From Fibrobacter succinogenes subsp. succinogenes S85 (GTDB lineage: Bacteria > Fibrobacterota > Fibrobacteria > Fibrobacterales > Fibrobacteraceae), in NCBI RefSeq assembly GCF_000146505.1, contig NC_017448.1, forward strand, positions 450,001 to 482,000: a stretch of DNA of 32,000 nucleotides, written 5' to 3'. Within the stretch, counting starts at the first letter, position 1, and each line of letters opens with the position of its first letter. Below, piece by piece: positions 26,556 through 32,000 of the stretch. The position numbers and the translations under genes were made by a program. The notes below the pieces were generated by a model. That model searched no databases, was not told where the DNA came from, and saw only the letters and a program-made list of their open reading frames with translations.

Positions 26556-27209
26556 CTATTTCACATACAGAATCGTCGGGTTATCCTTATGGATGTCAAA
26601 ACGCGGCAAATTGATGTTATTTTCCGAGCAAAATGATTGCCAAAGTTCATCCATTCTTGATGTATTGAACGGCTTCGCAATCAAGTGAAACCCGTTTTTC
26701 GTCTGGATTTCTACAATATCATTTGCCGACTGAAAAGGTTCACACTTTTCAATCATTTCACGAACCGCCTGCTTATATGGAACAAATTCCGCATCTACAT
26801 CGACAATCCAGGTTTTTGATTTTCCCGCAGCATTTGCACGACCAGCAGCTCGTGCCACCAAATGAAGCGGCGGAGCAAACGTTTCACCAGAGCAGATTTC
26901 TTCGGTGATGTGCTTAAAAATGATCATCGAAATATCCTTGAACGTCCGCTTGTTCAAACGGATGTATGCCCGCACATTGAACACTTCGCAAATCGTCTTG
27001 ATTTCCTTTTCGACATCGTCAAAATGTGCTAACGACGAAATAAAGTAGTCCTTGATAGAGCGACTATGCATATTGCCGTGATACGCCGGATCTGGAACGC
27101 CTCCAATTTTTGGATCGTCACTTTGCCTACGGAGCAGTTGAACGTAATAACAATCGCCAGGACTTTCGAACTTGAGCATCGAACGGATAATTTTGAAGTT
27201 ATCAACCAT
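26556..27209 (-). CDS. Hypothetical protein (217 aa), translationally coupled to the HD gene
   Basis: ATG 27207-27209 overlaps the HD gene stop (TGA 27202-27204) by 8 nt. No family recognised. Acidic/His positions appear in the order WIVDVD (D137/D139), NGFHLI (H175), FDIHKD (D205). Confidence 0.7.
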   Translation of the reverse strand: MVDNFKIIRSMLKFESPGDCYYVQLLRRQSDDPKIGGVPDPAYHGNMHSRSIKDYFISSLAHFDDVEKEIKTICEVFNVRAYIRLNKRTFKDISMIIFKHITEEICSGETFAPPLHLVARAAGRANAAGKSKTWIVDVDAEFVPYKQAVREMIEKCEPFQSANDIVEIQTKNGFHLIAKPFNTSRMDELWQSFCSENNINLPRFDIHKDNPTILYVK

Positions 27210-27951
27210 TTGAACCTCCTATAGTTTTGATGGCGGCACGAATTAAACTTTCTTTGGAGAGGACTCCCCCATTGATTTGCATTTTATGGCAAAAAACGAG
27301 AGCATTTTCCACGCGAATATCATCCCACTTTTGCGAAGCAAAATCATCCGCTTCGACAATGGCGACAGGCATTTCATTTTCAAGACACTCTGCAACAATA
27401 GGGCGTTTCAAGATTTCTTCAAAGTCATCATGAGGCTTGCCCTCAGCGTCCAAAGTCGCTTTGCAATCGGCACAAGCAAGGTGTCGCAGCCGCCCGAACA
27501 ACGGATGCTTTACCAACTGCCAAATATCATACTTAGAACGCATCACCTTTAAATCCAAAGCTTTCATGTGATTGCAAATAAGCCAAAGAACCTGTTCACG
27601 GATTTTTCGGTCAAAATTCATCTTCACAAGCCATTCCAAAGCAATGCGAGCACCTTCAATTTCGTGCCCTTGCATATTCTTACCGTTGTTGCGTTGTAAA
27701 GCATCTTTCTTCCCTACGTCATGAAGCAAAGCAACAAGCACATCCATCCAATCATGTTCTTCAGCAACAACATTCTGTATCACAAGTTTCGTATGTTCCC
27801 AGACATCGCCTTCACTATGGAAATTCTTGTGTTCGCAACCAACCATATAGCGATCGATAAATTCAAAAAATTCATCCTTATGCAATTGGATTTCCGCAAT
27901 GGGATTGGACGAGGAGAGGATATTTTCTATTTGGCGAAAATTATTCTGCAT
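27202..27951 (-). CDS. HD-domain phosphohydrolase resembling the HD domain of class-II CCA-adding enzymes
   Basis: FHSEGDVWEHT...ALLHDVGK...GHEIEGA (nt 27709-27819) is the H...HD...H pattern, with the HxEGDVWxHT context typical of Cca-type HD domains. The ORF-track start at 27987 is TTG, so ATG 27951 (MQNNF) is used. No nucleotidyltransferase head domain is present. Confidence 0.8.
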   Translation of the reverse strand: MQNNFRQIENILSSSNPIAEIQLHKDEFFEFIDRYMVGCEHKNFHSEGDVWEHTKLVIQNVVAEEHDWMDVLVALLHDVGKKDALQRNNGKNMQGHEIEGARIALEWLVKMNFDRKIREQVLWLICNHMKALDLKVMRSKYDIWQLVKHPLFGRLRHLACADCKATLDAEGKPHDDFEEILKRPIVAECLENEMPVAIVEADDFASQKWDDIRVENALVFCHKMQINGGVLSKESLIRAAIKTIGGSNG

Positions 27952-28019
27952 AACAATCCATTCACAATCTAAAACAAACTGGTACAACGTTTATTTTCAA
28001 AAATTGAGTAATCAAGAAA

Positions 28020-29303
28020 TCACCATTCATCATATTCATTTGGAACATCCCAATGCGAGATATCTCCTGTGAATTTTGAATTTTTAAACATGTCTATATT
28101 ATATTCTAAGCTTGCAATATCCCATGATGACAAATCTCCGTCAAAACAAGAGCCACTGAACATTTCAACCATGTTGGTAACATTTGCAACATTCCACCGA
28201 GAAATATCTCCGTTGAATTTGGAATTGCTAAACATTCCGCTCATATCCGTCACATGAGAAACATTCCATGATGACAAATCTCCATCAAAGCAGGATCCGC
28301 TAAACATTTCTGCCATATTAGTGACGTTTCCGACATTCCACTGAGAAATGTCTCCAGTGAATTTTGAATCCTGGAACATTTTGCTCATGTCCGTCACATG
28401 AGAAACATCCCATGATGACAAATTTCCATCAAAGTAGGAACCGCAGAACATTTCGAACATATTTGTAACATTGGCAACATTCCACTGAGAAATGTCTCCG
28501 TCGAATTTAGATTTATAAAACATCCGCCTCATGTTTGTAACGCGAGAAACATTCCAATTAGAAATATCGCCATTAAAACAAGATCCACAAAACATGGCAT
28601 ACATGTTTTGAACATTGGATACATCCCAATTGGAGATTGATGTATTAAAGGTAGTGCCAGAAAACATACCACTCATATCCGTCACATGAGAAACATCCCA
28701 ATTGGAGATATCACCATTAAAAGGAGAACATGAAAACATCTCACTCATTTTTTTCACATTTGAGACATTCCATCGCGATAAATCATCGTTGAAAGCAGAG
28801 TCTTCAAACATATGACTCATATCTTCCACATTTGAAACATTCCAACAAGAAATGTCGCCTATGAATTGAGATTTGAAAAACATATAGCCCATGTCTTTCA
28901 CATTTGAGACATTCCAGTGAGAAATATCACCATTAAAGTCACATTTCCAAAACATTCCCCTCATATTCGTGACGTTAGATATATCCCAGTTGGAGATATT
29001 CCCGTTAAATGACGAATAAAGAAACATATCTTTCATATCGGTCACATGAGATACGTCCCAGTTAGAAATATCGGCATTAAAATCAGCTTCCCAAAACATA
29101 CCCCTCATGTTCGTCACTTTTGAAACATCCCACTGAGATATATCGCCTTTGAACGAAAGGTTCATAAAAAGATAACTCATATCCGTCACATTAGACACAT
29201 CAATAAAATTAAGGCTGCATTTATCACCTTCTTGATTGATGGTTTGGATGATAATATTTTGCAGTTCATGTTTATTGCGGACAATGATTTTAGCAGCCAT
29301 CAT
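28020..29303 (-). CDS. DUF285/BspA-like leucine-rich-repeat protein, no signal peptide
   Basis: 427 aa with AGGAG before ATGATG. It has 16 tandem 24-aa repeats of consensus (N/S)W(D/N)VS(N/H)VT(N/D)MxxMFxxSxF(N/D)GD(I/L)S. The N-terminus (MMAAKIIVRNKHELQNIIIQ) is hydrophilic. Confidence 0.85.
   Translation of the reverse strand: MMAAKIIVRNKHELQNIIIQTINQEGDKCSLNFIDVSNVTDMSYLFMNLSFKGDISQWDVSKVTNMRGMFWEADFNADISNWDVSHVTDMKDMFLYSSFNGNISNWDISNVTNMRGMFWKCDFNGDISHWNVSNVKDMGYMFFKSQFIGDISCWNVSNVEDMSHMFEDSAFNDDLSRWNVSNVKKMSEMFSCSPFNGDISNWDVSHVTDMSGMFSGTTFNTSISNWDVSNVQNMYAMFCGSCFNGDISNWNVSRVTNMRRMFYKSKFDGDISQWNVANVTNMFEMFCGSYFDGNLSSWDVSHVTDMSKMFQDSKFTGDISQWNVGNVTNMAEMFSGSCFDGDLSSWNVSHVTDMSGMFSNSKFNGDISRWNVANVTNMVEMFSGSCFDGDLSSWDIASLEYNIDMFKNSKFTGDISHWDVPNEYDEW
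28023..29213 (-). repeat. Intragenic tandem repeat, 72-nt unit x16, with a younger 144-nt super-repeat at the 3' end
   Basis: The string CCGTCACATG recurs at 28247, 28391 and 28679, offsets of 144 and 288 nt. Repeats 12-13 and 14-15 are about 83% identical at the protein level (40 of 48 residues). Confidence 0.9.
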
Positions 29304-29408
29304 TTACTCCTGATAACAGTCTCTTTAGATTTTTGATTAAAAATATAGATTTCGACAATGACATATTATGACATCTCATTTTATTAATTTTTAAGAAAAG
29401 GAGCCATT

Positions 29409-30725
29409 ATGATTGAACGCATACAAGATTTATCAGAGGTTATTGCGGGGCAAGGAAGTTACCCCCGTAAGCCATTTTTATCTTGCCAAAACATTTCGTA
29501 CGACGAACTCGTCGCTATTTTGGATGATGCCCCAGAATCGCATTCCGCTAATTTTATTTTTCAGCCTAAAAATTTGACCTTCGCCTTTCCGTACAATCGA
29601 GGCAAACAATGGCTCCGTGAAATCAAAGATATTTTACTATTGAATTCCGCAGAAGTCGGGCAAAGTCTTTTTCCTAAACTTTACCGTTTTGTCAAAGGCT
29701 CCGAAGTTAAAATCCGAGGAAAAATTTTTATCAAGACAAAATGCGCAAACCGTTTTTCTCTCGAGGAATTGACAGAAATATCACGCAAGATTTTAAGCAA
29801 CTATATCATTCTCCCACAAAAATTCTGTTCGCTAGATATTAGTTGTAAAAGAAATGAAGATATAACCGTCGAAATCGGCAGAATACAGATTCCAAATTAT
29901 TCGGGGATTGGTTTCTACATTCATTTTAGTCTTTCTTGTCAATTACACCGAGTTCAAACAGCTAAACCTTTAGAATATTTTTCAGAAATGCACGAAATCC
30001 GCATAGGAGGCTTTGGTCACAATACTTGCGGTAGAAACGGCATTTTCTTTGTACTTGTACAACTGTTTGAATACGGGAACACGCTTACAGAGATTCCAAA
30101 AGACATTGAAAATTCATTACTCGGATCTGAAAATCCTTGCGAAAACTATTGGAGTAAATTTCACAAGCAATATATTGCTACAGATTTTTTACCTGCATTT
30201 ATAAAACAAAAATCAAAGATTTTTTCAGCAAGACAATCAAACGAAACAAGTACTTCTGGAGATTTCATTTACCATGACAAATTCGGCTATGGTCAAATTC
30301 TAAAGAAATACGAAGAAAAAGGAGATAAAAGAATTGATGTTCTTTTCAGCGACACTATTACTAGAACATTAATCTTGAAATATGCTAACGAACATCTCAA
30401 ATTCACAACCAATCAATACCATAATCAAGAATTCAATGAAGATGTTCACATTTCATCAGAAAATCCAATTTATGTGAATTGCACATTCAACAACGGCGTT
30501 TTTATTGAAGGAAATGTATACCCTATTTTTATATCTTGCTCATTTTATGGTTATGACAGCGCAGGCGTGCAACTTTTAAATGGTTCTCAAGGATTTTTTT
30601 ACAATTGCAGGTTCAACCATACATTCCCCTATATTTCGCCAAATATGAAAAATTGTTCTTTCGAACCTAACGCAACGAAAGATGAATTTAGAATCGGTGG
30701 ATGCAATATAGACACCAACAAATAA
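29409..30725 (+). CDS. Hypothetical multidomain protein: unknown N-terminal domain, UvrD/PcrA-type Tudor-like motif, beta-helix-like C-terminus
   Basis: 438 aa with AAAAGGAG before the ATG; very AT-rich. Residues 284-332 (nt 30258-30404) read GDFIYHDKFGYGQILKKYEEKGDKRIDVLFSDTITRTLILKYANEHLKF. This matches the GDxVxHxxFGxGxV...VxF...KxL...A.L pattern of the UvrD/PcrA/Rep C-terminal domain. The C-terminus has four (N/S)Cx F repeats (NCTF, SCSF, NCRF, NCSF; nt 30477-30662). Confidence 0.75.
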   Translation: MIERIQDLSEVIAGQGSYPRKPFLSCQNISYDELVAILDDAPESHSANFIFQPKNLTFAFPYNRGKQWLREIKDILLLNSAEVGQSLFPKLYRFVKGSEVKIRGKIFIKTKCANRFSLEELTEISRKILSNYIILPQKFCSLDISCKRNEDITVEIGRIQIPNYSGIGFYIHFSLSCQLHRVQTAKPLEYFSEMHEIRIGGFGHNTCGRNGIFFVLVQLFEYGNTLTEIPKDIENSLLGSENPCENYWSKFHKQYIATDFLPAFIKQKSKIFSARQSNETSTSGDFIYHDKFGYGQILKKYEEKGDKRIDVLFSDTITRTLILKYANEHLKFTTNQYHNQEFNEDVHISSENPIYVNCTFNNGVFIEGNVYPIFISCSFYGYDSAGVQLLNGSQGFFYNCRFNHTFPYISPNMKNCSFEPNATKDEFRIGGCNIDTNK

Positions 30726-30838
30726 TTCAAAACACTGCTAAATTACGCAATTTGCACGATTTCGCACATATTAGAATTCAATCTATTGCATTCTGCATTA
30801 CATTTTTATACATTAAATAGTATAGAAAGGAGCGTCTT

Positions 30839-31120
30839 ATGGCACAGGCAACAGTTTCTGCACGAATCGACAGCAAAGACAAAGAACGTTTTGACGAATT
30901 CTGCAATAACGTTGGTTTGTCCGCATCCGCAGCCATCAACATGTTCATCAAGAGCGTCATCAATGAACATCGCATTCCCTTTGAAGTCCGCGAACCCATA
31001 GCCCGTTACAACGCAAAAGCAAATGACATCGAGGCCCTCAAAAAAGGCATCGAACAGCTCAATGCCGGGAAAGGTATTGTGAAAACACTAGAAGAACTAG
31101 AGGCAATGGAAAATGGCTAA
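30839..31120 (+). CDS. RelB/DinJ-family type II antitoxin (ribbon-helix-helix)
   Basis: MAQATVSARIDSKDKERFDEFCNNVGLSASAAINMFIKSVINEHRIPFEV aligns with the DinJ N-terminal RHH. AAAGGAG precedes the ATG, and the gene overlaps the toxin gene by 8 nt. Confidence 0.85.
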   Translation: MAQATVSARIDSKDKERFDEFCNNVGLSASAAINMFIKSVINEHRIPFEVREPIARYNAKANDIEALKKGIEQLNAGKGIVKTLEELEAMENG

Positions 31121-31379
31121 AATCGCATTTTCCGAACAAGCGTGGCAAGAATATCTCTACTGGCAACTACAAGATAAGAAAACACTCAAAAGAGTCAACC
31201 AACTGCTTAAAGACATCGAGCGAAACCATTTCGAAGGCTTAGGCAAGCCTGAAGCATTGAAAGGAAACCTCAGCGGATTTTGGAGTCGACGAATTGACGA
31301 TGGCAATCGGCTAATCTACAGAATTAATGGTGAATTTATCGACATTCTTTCTTGCAAAGGTCACTACGAAAACGTTTAG
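31113..31379 (+). CDS. yoeB: YoeB/Txe-family type II toxin (ribosome-dependent mRNA interferase)
   Basis: IAFSEQAWQEYLYWQLQDKKTLKRVNQLLKDIERNHFEGLGKPEALKGNLSGFWSRRIDDGNRLIYR...CKGHYE is near-collinear with E. coli YoeB. The Glu, Arg and C-terminal His-Tyr catalytic positions are present. Confidence 0.92.
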   Translation: MAKIAFSEQAWQEYLYWQLQDKKTLKRVNQLLKDIERNHFEGLGKPEALKGNLSGFWSRRIDDGNRLIYRINGEFIDILSCKGHYENV

Positions 31380-31384
31380 CATAC

Positions 31385-31419
31385 AAAAAAATCCCAGTCC
31401 GGTTGGACTGGGATTTTTT
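31385..31419. terminator. Bidirectional rho-independent terminator; right border of the AT-rich island
   Basis: AAAAAA-ATCCCAGTCC-ggtt-GGACTGGGAT-TTTTT. Perfect 10-bp stem, flanked by A and T tracts, between convergent genes. Confidence 0.85.
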
Positions 31420-31436
31420 GCAAATTCTCGTGAGAA

Positions 31437-32000
31437 TTAAGCTTCTTCGGAGAGTTCCGGAGCCTTCTTGATCACGTTGCGGCGACCATAGCGGACCTTG
31501 GACGGATCAAAAGCGGTTTCTGCAGCAGCTTCTGCCGGGGCTTCAGCAACCGGAGCGACCGGGGCAGCTTCGACAGCCGGAGCGGCCGGAGTTTCAACCG
31601 GAATGCGCGGAGCGAGCGGGCGACGAGCTTCGGCGACCGGAGCTTCAGCAGCCGGTGCAACCGGAGCGGCCTGTTCTGCAGCAGCAACAGGAGCTTCAGC
31701 GTTAGCTTCACGATGCGGGCGTTCCGGGCGGCGTTCGCGGCGCGGGCCACGTTCCGGACGCTGTTGTTGTTCATTGCGATCACGCGTTGCAGGGGCATGA
31801 GCCTGAGCCTGCTGCTGATTGCGGTTGTCCTTATTATTGTTGTTCGGACGTTCCTTGTTCTGGCGATTTTCCTTATTGTTGCCACCACGCTGAGCCATTT
31901 CCTGTGCGCTGATCGGGCGACGGGCGGACGGCTTCAAGTTCATGTCCGGGGTGAGCTTCTTGAAAATCGGGGTACGAAGCATCGTGAGAAGCTTATTAAC
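31437..32000 (-). CDS. 3' part of a gene continuing beyond the window; low-complexity basic and Ala/Pro/Glu-rich C-terminal tail
   Basis: The frame stays open upstream of the track's Met (31983-32000 encodes VNKLLT). The tail is rich in R/N/Q/E (NNKENRQNKERPNNNNKDNRNQQQ; RPERGPRRERRPERPHRE) and in (A/E)APVA repeats. Such tails occur on RNA-binding proteins and helicases, but the family cannot be determined from this fragment. Confidence 0.55.
   Translation of the reverse strand, partial: VNKLLTMLRTPIFKKLTPDMNLKPSARRPISAQEMAQRGGNNKENRQNKERPNNNNKDNRNQQQAQAHAPATRDRNEQQQRPERGPRRERRPERPHREANAEAPVAAAEQAAPVAPAAEAPVAEARRPLAPRIPVETPAAPAVEAAPVAPVAEAPAEAAAETAFDPSKVRYGRRNVIKKAPELSEEA

Noticed and set aside
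26817-26843. Walker-A-like string GRANAAGKS in the 217-aa protein
   Set aside because: The spacing is G-x5-GKS rather than [AG]-x4-GK[ST]. It is followed directly by a beta-strand-like WIVDVD rather than a helix, and it lies mid-protein, so it is unlikely to be a P-loop.
28023-29213. Regular 72-nt periodicity that could be mistaken for a CRISPR-like or satellite array
   Set aside because: The periodicity lies entirely within one long open frame encoding 24-aa DUF285 repeats. There is no repeat/unique-spacer alternation.
26425-31436. Flanking direct repeats (att sites), an integrase or a tRNA at the borders of the AT-rich island
   Set aside because: By eye I found no shared sequence of about 10 nt or more between the two border regions, and no recombinase gene. 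I therefore do not call it a mobile element. A computational repeat search would be needed to be sure.
31472-31888. Overlapping 138-aa (-) and 100-aa (+, 31498-31800) ORFs
   Set aside because: These are artefacts of a GC-rich, repetitive, low-complexity region where several frames stay open. The frame continuing past the window edge is the most coherent one.

Overview
Chromosomal segment of about 30 genes from a Gram-negative bacterium. Gene content suggests the Fibrobacteres/Bacteroidetes (FCB) group, possibly Fibrobacter; that is my impression only and is not verified. No rRNA, tRNA, CRISPR array, transposase or integrase was seen. Layout by region follows. (i) 1-5010, + strand: an envelope export cluster made of a LolA-like fragment, an MMPL/RND exporter, a DUF1302-like outer-membrane barrel and a second barrel gene that is frameshifted. 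(ii) 5014-12122, - strand: dut plus a co-directional cluster around a 1370-aa gingipain-type (C25) cysteine peptidase with a T9SS-type C-terminal domain. (iii) 12.1-26.4 kb: mostly housekeeping genes (GGQ/RF-1-domain protein, LTD lipoprotein, REC-like protein, ruvX, typA, thiD, MgtC-like, GGDEF cyclase, folA, rlmH, metallophosphoesterase, slyD-like, rpiA, esterase, flotillin-like). Several pairs are translationally coupled through ATGA or TAATG overlaps. (iv) about 26.5-31.4 kb: a visibly AT-rich accessory island bracketed by strong terminators. It holds an overlapping two-gene cassette (CCA-enzyme-type HD phosphohydrolase plus an unknown 217-aa protein), a signal-less DUF285/BspA-like protein built from 16 x 72-nt repeats, an orphan 438-aa protein with a UvrD/PcrA-like Tudor motif and beta-helix repeats, and a DinJ-type antitoxin paired with a YoeB toxin. 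This island is the best candidate for something undescribed. (v) 31437-32000: the 3' part of a gene encoding a low-complexity basic/Ala-Pro-rich tail. Some 'M' starts in the supplied ORF track are really TTG or GTG codons, so starts were re-evaluated from the sequence. Many long antisense shadow ORFs were rejected.
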